A stretch of DNA of 64,000 bases, from assembly GCF_009914755.1 (NCBI RefSeq), contig NC_060931.1; one strand, given 5' to 3'. A model generated the notes under the pieces. The model searched no databases and was not told where the DNA came from. It saw only the letters and a program-made list of their open reading frames with translations. This document shows, in pieces, positions 14,777 through 29,437 of this stretch; position 1 is the first letter of the stretch; every line of letters starts with the position of its first letter. Both the position numbers and the translations under genes were made by a program. The stretch comes from the human T2T-CHM13v2.0 reference genome, Homo sapiens.

Positions 14777-14953
14777 CCAGGGGTGTCCAACCTTTTGGTG
14801 TCCCTGGGCCAGAAACTCTTGGGCCACACATAAAATACACTAGCACTAATGACAGTTGACAAGCTAATAAAAAGGTCCTGTGCATAATGTTTTTGGTATT
14901 CACCACTGTGGATAAGCAAAACACTTGTTGCAGTGAAAGGGTTGGACATGGCT
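14777..14953 (+). mobile_element. MER30 (hAT-Charlie)
   Basis: caggggtgtccaaccttttgg…gggccacacataaaatacacta…gggttggaca. Confidence 0.75.
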
Positions 14954-15085
14954 TCTTTAGCCCCTGACAGTCTTTCACCTTAGCAACTGGAGCAGCTACA
15001 GCATGTTACATGATTTATCTAACATCTGCTGCTGGCAGGTAATCAGAGGTGAAATTTCTCTATACAGACACTCGGTAGAATTGGA

Positions 15086-15783
15086 GCAGATCCCAGGTGG
15101 AAGACGAGGTCACTGGTGGCTTCTCCAGGTGAAAGGCCAGATCCCTGGTGGCTTCTCCAGGCGGAAGACCAGGTCACTGGTGGCACTCCCAGGTGGAAGG
15201 CCAGATCACTGGTCACTTCTCCAGGTGGAAGGCCAGCTTCTTCAGGTGGAAGGCCAGATCACTGGTCGCTTCTCCAGGTGGAAGGCCAGCTTCTCCAGGT
15301 AGAAGGTCAGATCACTGGTGGCTTCTCCAGGTAGAAGGTCAGATCACTGGTCACTTCTCCAGGTAGAAGGCCAGATCTCTGGTCACTTCTCCAGGTGGAA
15401 GGCCAGCTTCTCCAGGTGGAAGACCAGATCACTGGTGGCTTCTCCAGGTAGAAGTTCAGATCACTGGTGGCTTCTCCAGATAGAAGTTCAGATCACTGGT
15501 GGCTTCTCCAGGTAGAAGTTCAGATCACTGGTGGCTTCTCCAGGTAGAAGGCCAGATCACTGGTCACTTCTCCAGGTGGAAGGCCAGCTTCTCCAGGTGG
15601 AAGGCCAGATCACTGGTGGCTTCTCCAGGTAGAAGTTCAGATCACTGGTGGCTTCTCCAGGTAGGAGGCCAGATCACTGGTGGCTTCTCCAGGTAGAAGG
15701 CCAGATCACTGGTCACTTCTCCAGGTAGAAGACCAGATCACTGTGGCTTCCCCAAATGGAAGGCCGGATCACTGGTGGCTTCC
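15086..15783. repeat. Intronic minisatellite, 32 bp unit with 21 bp short variants, ~23 units
   Basis: CCAGGT(A/G)GAAGGCCAGATCACTGGT(GG/CA)CTTCT and CCAGGTGGAAGGCCAGCTTCT. Confidence 0.96.
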
Positions 15784-16262
15784 TGTGGCTTCTGCCCCGT
15801 TTCATTCTTCCTGCTCTGACTTCACCATCTCTAATCCTGAGTCCACGTGGGTGCTGTCACAGCAGTTCTAGGAGCTGGCATGAGAGAAAAATGATCCCTT
15901 TGTAGTCAGTCCTGGCTGTCTTTCCCCAGAACAGCAGTAAGCAGGAACAGACTACTCTCATATCATATAACTTAGAACCTGGGTTGCTAGGGACAGAAAA
16001 GTGCATTTTTTTTTCCGTGCTGATTCCCTGTGACTTCTGCTTACCTGTAAACTTGTTGAGGGACTCACTGTTCACACACTCAGAGCTGACTGGGAGGAGT
16101 GCCTGAAAGCAGAGAGCTCTGTAGTTGCTCAGGAACTCGGGAAGAGCTAACATATTTAGAGGGTCTTAAAGGAAATAGGGCTTTTTGACTCCTTGAAGGA
16201 TTAATTTCCTTATGTAGTTTTCACATAAGGTGTTTTCTCTAAGAAAGTTCAATCAGGAGATA

Positions 16263-16805
16263 CACTAGTCCCCCTTGTCAGTGAGGATATGATTCAAGAC
16301 CTCCAGTGGGTGCCTGAAACTGCAAATAGTACCGAATCCTATATATACTGTGTTTTTTCTTGTACATACATACCTATGATAAAGTTTAATTTAGAAATTA
16401 GGCACAGTAAGAGACTTCTGAACAGCAGTAACTACTAAAGTAGAATAATTATTGTAACAATATACTGTAGGAAAAGTTATATAAATGTGGTCTCTCTCTG
16501 TCTGTCTAAAAATACCTTTCTGTACCATACTCACCCTTCCTCATCTTGTGAGGGTGTGAGATGATGCAGTGCCCCATGGTGAGAGGGCGAGAGGTGAGTG
16601 ACGTAGGTGAGGCCACTGTGGCCTCTGACATACATCAGAAGAGGACCAGCTGCTCGGGTGACCTGGGCCGTCAAACCATGAGGATGTCAGTGGCTGCAGG
16701 TCAGGAGCTGACGGTATGGATGACTGACAGGTGGGCAGGGTTGACAACGCGGAGATGCTGGACAGAGGGCTGGTTCGGGTTCTGGGCAGGCGGAGCGGGA
16801 CAGGC
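16263..16805 (-). mobile_element. MER44 (longer B/C/D-like form), one end missing
   Basis: Homologous to 7345-7788 (ccagtgggtgcctgaaact…aaattaggcacagtaagagac…gatgctggacagaggg). Confidence 0.7.
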
Positions 16806-17367
16806 GAGTGCTTCCCCTTCCTCAGCCCCCCACCGAGCTTCTGGGGTGGCCACCGAGCGAGTCTTGGCCCTGGAGGGCAGTGCTGGCTGGGTGGCTCATC
16901 TGAGAATGTTCCTTCCGGTAACTTGGATGCTTTCTTCCCAAGATTGTCCTTCTGAGAAGCTTCAAGCACCCATTAGAAGACTTTCCCCCAGTGATGGTTA
17001 AGGCGGAGCAGGGGAGAGCTGGTGTTATTTTGGCTCAAGTCAGCTGGACAGTTTCTGTTGTTTGTTTTGGCTTCCTGGTCTATGTGAGGGGTTGGCAGGG
17101 GGAGCATGAGGGAGCAGGATCGCCTTGTTTTTGCTTTGCTGTAATTGAGGAAAGGATTAAGGAGCCATCTGTGGCACATTGTTGTCTCCATAAAAAAAAA
17201 ATCTACACTTTTCCAATAGCATTAAGTTTGCTTTTGTTCGCATCTTTCATAGGGCCGATGTGTTGTGCCCACAAGCGATTGGACCTGTGGGAGTTCTGTT
17301 GTGGGTGGTTCCCGGAACTGTGGGCGGGCGGTTTTACCCAGGGCTCCCTCTGCTTTGTGTCTTGTAG

Positions 17368-17493
17368 AATGTCGTACTCTCAGGAGGCTCCACCATGTTC
17401 AGGGATTTCGGACGCCGACTGCAGAGGGATTTGAAGAGAGTGGTGGATGCTAGGCTGAGGCTCAGCGAGGAGCTCAGCGGCGGGAGGATCAAG
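17368..17493 (+). CDS. ACTR3B: ACTR3B internal coding exon (third from last), [42 protein letters not shown]
   Basis: Acceptor tgctttgtgtcttgtag|AAT, donor AAG|gtagga; 126 nt, phase 0/0. Contains the actin-family VLSGGSTMF motif and Arp3 insert. Residues NVV, RVV, RLRL and RIK match ARP3B rather than ACTR3 (NIV, RTV, RLKL, RLK). Confidence 0.97.
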
Positions 17494-18029
17494 GTAGGAG
17501 CCAGAGGCCTCCACGCAGTGCCTGGGGCTATTGCCCCAGGCCTGACCGGGGCCCTCCTGACACAGAGCCGAAGGAGCTTGTCTGGGCCGCGTAAAATAAA
17601 AACAAGTGTTCATCGCTTTCTGAGCTGCATTGTGACATGACCATGGAGGTTTGCTGCCTGAGGTCCTTCCAGGCTGGTAGTTCAGACTGATGGTCCTGGT
17701 GACACAGCAACGGCAGCTTCACACTCTCCCTGGCCATGCCTGCCAGCAGTTTCCTTTTGTGTCGTAAGAGATCAGGCATGGGGTATAATGACCAGTGTCC
17801 CAAGGAGATGGGACTAATTTATGGTGAGGATCTTTCATGTCCTTCGGAAATGTTCTCATTAAATGAAAATAACTAATGTTAGCAGGGAGTTACAAGGCGT
17901 TCCTCCAAGATAGTAATTCTTAAGTAGCTGGTGATCACTGTGGGCTTCTAACCAAGAGTGGGCTTCGATAGGGGCAGTGGGCGCAAGGAAGAGATCCCAC
18001 GAGTCCACTGTTGGAAGAGCACAGTTTCT

Positions 18030-18332
18030 TTTCTTTTTTTTCTTTTTTCTTGAGACAGAGTCTCTCTCTGTCGCCCAGGCTGGAGTGCAGTGGTGAGATC
18101 TCGGCTCATAGCAAGCTCTGCCTCCTGGGTTCACACCATTCTCCTGCCTCAGCCTATTGAGTAGCTGGGACTACAGGTGCCCGCCACCAAGCCCGGCTAA
18201 TTTTTTGTATTTTTAGTAGAGATGGGGTTTCACCGTGTTAGCCAGGATGGTCTCGATCTCCTGACCTTGTGATCCATGCGCCTCGGCCTCCCAAAGTGCT
18301 GGGATTACAGGTGCGAGCTACCACGCCCGGCC
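18030..18332 (-). mobile_element. AluY
   Basis: Y diagnostics; TSD agcacagtttctttt on both sides. Confidence 0.92.
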
Positions 18333-18735
18333 AGAAAAGCACAGTTTCTTTTATTATTTTGAGGATGGTTAATCTTATTTGGGATGATCTCTACAGTGCC
18401 AGAACATCTGATATGTTAGGTTAAAAAAAAAAAAGCAGTGGGGTTAATTGCTTGGATTTTGTGCTTTTGAACTTTAGCGCTTTGAGCCTTGTGAGAGGGA
18501 GGTGCTGCTTGCCGGGTGCACTGTGTTCCTTTGAGCGCTGGGGGCTGGGATTCTGGTAGGTCTTAGGGGGATTTGGCAGCAGGGGCGGAGAGTCACTGAG
18601 TGCTGGGTGTGAGGTGGTGCTCGTGCCATAAGAGGAGGGCGGCCCTGGGTGCAGCCGTGGTCTCGTCAGCCGGGGGATGATTAGATCACATGTGTCTGTG
18701 GGTGTTGGGTAAGTGAGAGCTGCTTTCTCTTCCAG

Positions 18736-18819
18736 CCGAAGCCTGTGGAGGTCCAGGTGGTCACGCATCACATGCAGCGCTACGCCGTGTGGTTCGGAGG
18801 CTCCATGCTGGCCTCGACT
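18736..18819 (+). CDS. ACTR3B: ACTR3B penultimate coding exon, [28 protein letters not shown]
   Basis: Acceptor tgctttctcttccag|CCG, donor ACT|gtaagt; 84 nt, phase 0/0; actin/Arp [13 protein letters not shown] motif. Confidence 0.97.
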
Positions 18820-18947
18820 GTAAGTCCCTCTCTCGAGGGCTCTGTGTCTCCATTCCTGTGCTCTCGGTTGAGTTTGGGTAAATACTGTCTACGAAGGTGA
18901 AATAGTGTGTGCCCTAATCGTGTGGCTCTAAACAGACCATTCTGTAA

Positions 18948-19269
<322 letters not shown>

Positions 19270-19699
19270 CGATATAAACTATATCTTAATAATCACACAA
19301 CACATTTATCACGTGTCCTTGCTAATTAGGGGTTACAGAAAACATGGTAAGTGGCATCCAAAAATAATCTAAAAAAGTCCTGCATTAATCATTAATTCCA
19401 GTGACTTTTCCAAATAATTATTACTTTTCCCCCTCACATTTGTGAATAGCTCACACATTGTTAGTGGGGGACCGGCATTTGGTTGGTCCTAAGAAGATAC
19501 AGGCTGATGAAATTTCTAAAAAGTGAAATAACTCCCCATTTAGTAGTTTAGTACATCAGAGAGGTAAAATCTTGCAGCAGCGGTCCTGGGAGGGAGGGTG
19601 GAGGCCGGGATGAGGAGAGTGTCTTGCCTGCTTGGTAGCTGGTTCCCTTGACTTTCTTCTGAAATGAGTGTCTTTCTGTCTGCCTGTTGCCTCTCGTAG

Positions 19700-19795
19700 C
19701 CCGAGTTCTTTCAGGTCTGCCACACCAAGAAGGACTATGAAGAGTACGGGCCCAGCATCTGCCGCCACAACCCCGTCTTTGGAGTCATGTCCTAG
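19700..19795 (+). CDS. ACTR3B: ACTR3B terminal coding exon, [31 protein letters not shown]
   Basis: Acceptor cctgttgcctctcgtag|CCC; 31 codons plus TAG at 19793-19795; Arp3 C-terminal tail [10 protein letters not shown]; EFFQ and EEYG are ARP3B-type. Confidence 0.97.
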   Translation, partial: PEFFQVCHTKKDYEEYGPSICRHNPVFGVMS

Positions 19796-20620
19796 TGTCT
19801 GCCTGAACGCGTCGTTCGATGGTGTCACGTTGGGGAACAAGTGTCCTTCAGAACCCAGAGAAGGCCGCCGTTCTGTAAATAGCGACGTCGGTGTTGCTGC
19901 CCAGCAGCGTGCTTGCATTGCCGGTGCATGAGGCGCGGCGCGGGCCCTTCAGTAAAAGCCATTTATCCGTGTGCCGACCGCTGTCTGCCAGCCTCCTCCT
20001 TCTCCCGCCCTCCTCACCCTCGCTCTCCCTCCTCCTCCTCCTCCGAGCTGCTAGCTGACAAATACAATTCTGAAGGAATCCAAATGTGACTTTGAAAATT
20101 GTTAGAGAAAACAACATTAGAAAATGGCGCAAAATCGTTAGGTCCCAGGAGAGAATGTGGGGGCGCAAACCCTTTTCCTCCCAGCCTATTTTTGTAAATA
20201 AAATGTTTAAACTTGAAATACAAATCGATGTTTATATTTCCTATCATTTTGTATTTTATGGTATTTGGTACAACTGGCTGATACTAAGCACGAATAGATA
20301 TTGATGTTATGGAGTGCTGTAATCCAAAGTTTTTAATTGTGAGGCATGTTCTGATATGTTTATAGGCAAACAAATAAAACAGCAAACTTTTTTGCCACAT
20401 GTTTGCTAGAAAATGATTATACTTTATTGGAGTGACATGAAGTTTGAACACTAAACAGTAATGTATGAGAATTACTACAGATACATGTATCTTTTAGTTT
20501 TTTTTGTTTGAACTTTCTGGAGCTGTTTTATAGAAGATGATGGTTTGTTGTCGGTGAGTGTTGGATGAAATACTTCCTTGCACCATTGTAATAAAAGCTG
20601 TTAGAATATTTGTAAATATC
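19796..20620 (+). other. ACTR3B: ACTR3B 3'UTR
   Basis: Follows the stop codon. CpG-rich and (CCT)n proximal part, then U-rich distal part ending just after AATAAA at 20590. Confidence 0.8.
20197..20378 (+). terminator. Proximal alternative poly(A) signals
   Basis: AATAAA at 20197-20202 (preceded by TGTA, followed by U-rich sequence) and at 20373-20378. Confidence 0.5.
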
Positions 20621-20655
20621 TTTCTGCTGTAGTGTGGTGGTCTGTTGGTTTTCTC
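20590..20655 (+). terminator. Distal cleavage/polyadenylation site of ACTR3B
   Basis: TGTA-AATAAA (20590-20595), then after ~25 nt a GU/U-rich downstream element (tttctgctgtagtgtggtggtctgttggtttt). Confidence 0.8.
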
Positions 20656-21179
20656 CCTGTCGCTGTGCCTCCTTTAAAGAATATTGACATTGTTTTACAT
20701 CATTGGAGAATTTGATTAATACTCAGCTTGTGGGAGGAAATGTCTTTTCGCGAATGGTGTGGGCTGCCTGCCCCGCAGTGACCACTCCATCGCTGGGGGT
20801 ATCGTGGGTCTGGATAACCCGTCAGAGATGGTTTTTGAATCTGGGGTATAGTGGGAAGGAGTGCCTAATGATTTCTGATGTTCCTTCCTAGAAGTTCAGG
20901 ATTCATGACTGTAAGCTTTCAGTAACTACTCTGATGTTTGCTGAATGGACTGCTAGCTTGAAAGGTAATTTGCTCAATTAATAGATTTAGGTTGATTTCA
21001 CTCTTCATATTATTCTTATAATTATGTTACTTTAAAAATTGTTATTTATGGTATTTCTTCTAAGTTGTGAAGTATGTTTTTTTTTTGTTCTGTTTTAAAA
21101 TTTTTTCCTTAGTTTCACTCTCAAAGGAGGTGAATGAAATATGTTTTGTTCTCAGAAAATTTGCCTTCATAAAGAAACG

Positions 21180-21357
21180 TAGCCAGGTGCAGTGGTGTGC
21201 GCCTGAAGTCCCAGCTCCTCAGAAGGCTGAGGCAGGAGGATCACTTGAGTCCAGGAGGTCAAGGCTGCAGTAAGCTAGGATTGAGCCACTGTATTGCAGC
21301 CTGGGTGACAGAGTGAGACTCCATGTCTTAAATAAAACAAAAACAAGAAAAAAAAAG
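21180..21357 (+). mobile_element. Alu right-arm monomer (FRAM-like)
   Basis: Single monomer plus A tail. Confidence 0.8.
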
Positions 21358-21870
21358 TTATGTTATTATTTGAGTTTAGAAATAAGTTTAATATTGAACT
21401 CAGTATGGTGAAATCTGAGTTTACCAACCTCAGTTGACCAAATCTCTGATACTGTCACTGTGCTAGGCCCTCAGTCTCCCCAGTCAAGAGTCTGGTACCA
21501 CCTGGTTCTCCCCTCATCCGTAGTGTTTCTCTGCATTCCCTTGGGGGATTTGCTGCTTCTCGGGATTGCTGTACCGTTGGCTTCTCATGATCTTCCAGCC
21601 ATTTTATTGCATCAAGTTCCCGGTTGGTCTGCCTGCCTTCAGTCACACCTTTGCACCCTGAACGTGGCAGCGAGAGCCGTTCCTTCTAACGCCATTTTCC
21701 TCTTAGTTCTGTGCTATTCAGGGACCTACCTGATACTCCCATCTCCACCCTGCCCCGCCCGATTCAGCATGCTTTGCACATCTCACAGTGGGCACCGTCA
21801 TTCCCACCTCTGCTCTGCATCTGTGCGTTGGCAGGTGCTTTGTTGCGCCTTCTCCAAACCCTGGGAATAA

Positions 21871-22575
<705 letters not shown>

Positions 22576-23036
22576 TGACTCAAAAAGATCTGAATACCAA
22601 TTCTGGCTGTTCCTCAAGCAAATGAGATCCTATTTTCTGTTTGCTCATCTGTGGGAGAATTGTAATGGTCCTTTTCCTGTTAATAGAGGTGAGTTATCAT
22701 TTTTTGTTTATTCAGTGAGCCTGGCAGATACTATAGATAGAAATGAACTGTGATGGTCATGTGCACCCGTCATTTTATAAGGAAGAAAAATGTTTACAGT
22801 TAGTAAATTTGATAAAATCTGCACATACCTTTTGTTCAGGTTGAATGAGTTAGATCATAATATAGAAATGAGTTAAGTATTCCTAGAGTTGATGGGTAAA
22901 ATCGACCTCCTATGACAAAACTACAACTCCAGGTGAGCAGTTTTCTGTAAAAAATATTTCATCAAATACACTCGTTAAATTCTAAAATTATAAGTCTACA
23001 GTCTTTAGGACTATTAAACCTTTTAATAGTGCAGGA

Positions 23037-23183
23037 GCCAGGTGTGGTGGTGAGTACCTGTAGTCTCAGCTACTGGGTAGGTGGAGGTGGTAGAATCCAT
23101 TGAGCCCGGGAGCTCAAGGCTGCAGGAGCCAGGGTCATGCCACACACTCCAGCCTGGGCAACAGAGTGAGACCTTCTTAAAAA
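23037..23183 (+). mobile_element. Alu monomer (FRAM/FAM-like)
   Basis: Diverged right-arm monomer. Confidence 0.75.
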
Positions 23184-24204
23184 GTGCAGGAAGTTGCTTT
23201 GCCCTATTCAACAGATTTAGACATAAACTCAGCTTTACGATGGTGAGAATATGATACGAACGGCCTTAACTTAAAAAAAAAATCTGGCAACTAGTATGTG
23301 AATATTTAACAAACATTACCTTTCTAAGATGATATGACCGCTGGCTCAGAGTTGCTCTTTCCAACACACCTGAGGAAACAGCCTCTCACTTCTTTGCGGA
23401 TATTCATCAGCTGTTCCTGAGGGTTTAACTTCTGTTTCGTGAACTTTTAAGCCAAGATTAGACTAAGTAACATGAAGCTTATGAGTTTGTTTCTGCATAT
23501 GGTGAGGGTTGGGGAAAAAATGAGAGAAAAGACTCCTGAAGTGGGGTCTGTAGAAGAGGAGCCAATCAGGGCTGCTGAGGACGGGGGAGGTGACCGCATC
23601 GCTTACAGAGGGAGGAAGGGTAAACGCAGAAGGCACCTGGTGCTTGCGTTGACCAACTGCAGGTGGGTGGGGGACTCTCTCTGATTGAGTTTCCATTTCC
23701 ATGTAGCCTAAATTGAGGAGGGAAGAAGGCGAGGCTTTCTTAGGGGTTGGGGTTTGGGTTTTGCCAGGCAAATGTGATGATGGGTGGGGCAGGTGTCCTG
23801 GGGGCAGGCAGGTGTAGACGGGGTTTCTCTGCTGCTAACATGAGGGACCACGGACTCCAGGTAGGGTGGGAGCAGAGGGAGATGAGAGATTGGGAGGAAT
23901 GGAGGCGTCTGAGGACTGGCGGCCCTGGGCTTCAAGGTTAGGAGGTTGTGGTCCTGAAGAACGATACTGATTAAGATTTCAGAGGTGGAGCACCTCTCAG
24001 TGATAACAGGGTCATGGAAGTGGTGATTGTGTAGAGTTTAAATTCACTGGAAATGGAAGAATGTAGGGAATTTTGAGAGAAGGGCATTGGATAGGTTGTC
24101 TGGTGGGTGCTGGCTCACGCAGGACGCTGTGGGGGTGGAGATGAAAGTAAGACTGGTCCAGCTGCCTGAAGTCGTGCCTCAGTCTCGGGGGTGGCAAGGA
24201 GCTG

Positions 24205-24560
24205 AGCATTGACCGTGAGCTGGGCACTGCGCCGAGAGTCACCCCACGTTGGGAGTGATGCTGTGTAGCCTCCTTTCACCTGAACCGAACCCTATGAAGT
24301 TGGTATTGCTACTCCCATTTTCCAGACAGGAAACCTGTGGCTGAAAGAAATTCAACAACATGCCAAAACCACACAGCCAGGACACCGAGAAGTCATATTG
24401 AATCTATTTTCTCCAGTCTTGTAGAAGTAGGTCATAGCAACTGGTGAGAGACCGGGTGGTAAAACCCAGTGATAGGAATCTGCAGCATGACTTCATCAGA
24501 TAGTAGAGTAGAAAGAGTTTGGAAATGGCCATGGGGAGCTGGAAATCCCCCTCGAATCCA
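24205..24560. mobile_element. MIR fragments
   Basis: cccattttccagacaggaaacctgtggctgaaagaaattcaacaacatgcc is an antisense MIR core. Confidence 0.55.
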
Positions 24561-26458
24561 GATCCCTTGGTATGTAACGTGTTCCAGGAAGCTACTGATG
24601 CGGGATGTTTAGATGTAAAATTATTTTCATTTTTGTTCACAGCGCTTTGTTAATACATGTCTTATCAGGTGCACTGGCTTTATGTTACAAGGCAAATACA
24701 AGATGGTTGTTAATCTGAGTGCTTAGAACCATAATTAGCCCCTAGTAAGTGTTCAATAAATTCTAGCCATTATTATTATTCTGTTACAAAGCAGTTGCTG
24801 TGTCTTAAGAGCTCTACTTATCAAAATTGTGTTTAAAAAATTTTCAGCATAGGAAAAGGGAATTTTAGATTCATGAACTGTATTGCCTTTAGGAATTCCA
24901 TTAAGAAAGGGTTAGAAAAAAGATACTAGTATGTAGTTGTAGAATGCAGACTCACGGGGCTTTTCTTACCACTGTAGCTGATATGATTGAATCACTTTTA
25001 TCGTCCATCTAAGGAAAAGGAAGCCACTTGGAGCCCTGGGTTGCCTGCATGGCAGCTGTCTCCCCACTAGGCTCCAGACCAAGTCATCCCATCTGAGCCA
25101 CATGAGGATGTCTCTGTTTTGGGCTGTGCATGTTCCATAGCCTTGCCACTTGGGGGCAGTATGGTGGAAGGTGCCCTGAGTGGCCCCCCTGGAGGTGTTT
25201 GTTCCCTTCCCTGGAGTGCTCTTGCCTGTCCGGGATGTTCACCCTCCTCTGCTGCTGCCCCTCTGTGTGTAGAAGACAGCCCCTCCTTTACCAATGCACC
25301 AATGACACCTGTGTCCCTCGCTGGACTGACGTCCTGGAACATGGGGGCCGTATGGTGCTTATCTTGGGAACCCCCGAGGCCTTCACAAGGTCTGGTAGGT
25401 GCCCCGTAGACACTTAACTAAGCTCCTATCCGACAAGAAGAAGGCATCACTGGTTTTCCCGGGCTGCGTGTGCTCTGGTGCTGAGACACATTGTGTGTCT
25501 GGATAACTGTAGGACGGTGAGCACCCAGGATGTAGCTATCGTTACCTTAAGAGTTTAATGGTATCATAAAATCTAACTCTTGGGCATGGACTTCAGGAGG
25601 GTTTTGGGAACCTGAAGAGTAGAGGATCAAGCTTGTCTAAGGCTGCCGCCTGCCTGCGTCTGCTGTGCCGCCAGCCAGAGGCCGGTGGAGCAATCACCCT
25701 GCAGAATCCTTGAAGATGTGCCTGTGTTTTATGGCAGTCGTAGCTCATTCCACAGCTTTACTCATATGAATAATGAGCTCTCGTGTGACTGAAGTGCAGA
25801 TCGTTCGGTGATTAATTCGTTCTTTATGATCCCTCCTTTATATCTCATTTGTAGAAATTACGATTGTGCCAGACAGGCTTGTGGGGTTAATCAAGTGCAA
25901 AGCTTATTGAAAACCACAAGAGAGGCCCATTAAGAATATTTATCTATTAAATAATTCTTTACTTAATTGAATAATATTTCATAATGTTTCTTTTAAAAGT
26001 ATCTGTCACCCTTGTTAAATAGAAATATAACTTGATTGGCAAAATAATTGCATGGGGTTCTAATTGGCAATTACTTCAATTTCACTTGGTCAGACAGAAA
26101 TAAATCTTTTTAAAAAGAGGAAAAGAAACTATAGCTTGATCTTAGTATCACTGTGAAAGTTTTTTTTTTTTTTAGTTTTAAAATATTAGCTCCTTTTACC
26201 CTATATTGGTTTCTTAAAAGTAAGCCGTGGCTCATTCTCTGCAGGTTGACTTCTCAGCTTTGATTTTTTCATTTTTAGTTTTGACTGCCGTGGATTATTT
26301 TTTCTGTGTGCGTGTGTATGTGTGTATAATCATATATGTATATAGTTGTTAATGTCATATTGTTGCTAGGAATTTCAAGTTTTTAAATGTTTTAATCAGT
26401 AAGAAAGAACACAGCTTTAAATTATTAAAAAAATAATTATAAACCTAAGGGTTTATGA

Positions 26459-26778
<320 letters not shown>

Positions 26779-27590
26779 TAGGACATTGGCTGTATTTCTA
26801 ATATTTAGGGGTCAGATGTACGTTGGCCTTGAGTCATCTTTTTTCTGCTTCTCATTTGTGACTGGCAATAGTGACCATATGATGAGGTGTTTTTGACGTA
26901 GTGAGCTGTATGCCATTTTTATAATTGTATTGCAGGAGCTTGGGGGCTTGAGCAGAGAGTGGGGCACCCAGAATCTTGAGTGCAGGCCCTGGCATTGCCA
27001 TTGGCTGGTCCTCCGTTTTTGCTCACGTCAGTCATTCCGTCTCTGTCTCTTTCCTTCCCTTCACCCAGTGAGACGATGGTAACAAGCAGTAGTGGAGTTC
27101 ATGGTCCCAGGATCCCACATTTCTGAGCCACTCAGAATGAGAATGTGGTAGAAAGATGAGCTGTGAGGGGCGACTGAGGAAGCTGATGTGAGGGGCTGGA
27201 CGTGTGGATGTGGAACTGCGGCCACGGCACAGTTCCGGGGCCTTCCATGCACGGAAGGAAAAGCCGTCAGTTATCGAACGCCTGCTCAGCTCTGGGTCGC
27301 CTGTTTACCAAGTGCTCGTCGGAGGACACAGTCCTGATGATGTGGAGCTTCCATCCCAGCAGAAGAGAGGGACGTGCGTGGGTTCCAGAGTCATGCTATA
27401 TCATCACAAACCACAAAGGCCCGTGAGAGGAAGTACAGGGTGCCAGGAAACTCACAGCAGGCCCGGAATGGGGTATGAGCGACGGGTGCGAAGGAGGCGC
27501 CGAGGGGAGGTGGAGCTGAGAGCTGCAGGGGACTGGAGGCCGCCAGGCCACGAGGTGGAGGGGCAGCAGTGCAGGAAGAGGCATATATTA

Positions 27591-27670
27591 TTAGGTTGAT
27601 GGAAAAGTCATTGTGGTTTTTGCAATTATATTTAATGGCAAAACCCGCAATTACTTTTGCACCAGCCTAA
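27591..27670. mobile_element. MADE1 (Hsmar1 MITE), 80 bp palindrome
   Basis: ttaggttgatggaaaagtcattgtggttttt…aaaacccgcaattacttttgcaccagcctaa, preceded by TA. Confidence 0.88.
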
Positions 27671-27730
27671 CAGCTTAAAATGGCTGTTTCTGTAGGTCAG
27701 ATATAGCAAAATGTCAGCAACGTCTAGTGA

Positions 27731-28183
<453 letters not shown>

Positions 28184-28348
28184 ATGAAAAGATTTTTAAC
28201 GGAAGAGTGGGTGCCTGGATATGTGCTGCATAGACACACCTAGAAGGTTTGCCCGAGAGGTGGAGCTTTTCTCTAGAGTCATGGAGCAGACCTGGAGGAG
28301 GAGAGGTGAGGTGGGCTGCACAGGCTGTATGGGAATGCTGCTCTTGTG

Positions 28349-28633
<285 letters not shown>

Positions 28634-29104
28634 TGCTCTTGTGCTTTCTAACGGCAGCTCCAGAAAGATGGCCTCAGCAAACAGGTCGTATGGTTTGGTA
28701 GATACAGCACGGGAGCCATGGAGGAACTGTGTGTCTCCTTCTGGGCAGTTAATAAAGGATGTGAGAAGGGACTCCAGAATCAGAAGGGTAACATACTACA
28801 ACCTTTAGCTGAAGGAGGGGAATGAGCTTTTTGAGGTTTAGTGTAACAAAATATGTAGCTAGTGGATGTGGCTCGATTTTAGTTTTAAAATGTAAAGTAC
28901 CAATAAGATCATTTCTCTTGCTAGATTTAGAAGTAGTTTGTCTTCTCTCCCACCCGCAACTCTGCTTTATTTCTTTTGTAGGAAAAAAGCTTCTGTGATT
29001 TGTCCAGAACAGGGGTATTTGAGAACTATTAAAGAAGAACTTAGGATATAGCCCAGCATAGAGAAAGAGCTAGACACATAGATACTAATTAGGAATATGC
29101 TGGC

Positions 29105-29437
<333 letters not shown>

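Noticed and set aside
17494-17640. Extension of ORF 17395-17640 past the exon
   Set aside because: Read-through of the GTAGGA donor into intron; Arp3 homology stops at RIK.
19668-19931. 87 aa alternative-frame ORF over the last exon
   Set aside because: Starts in the intron, in a shifted frame of the real exon, with no independent support.
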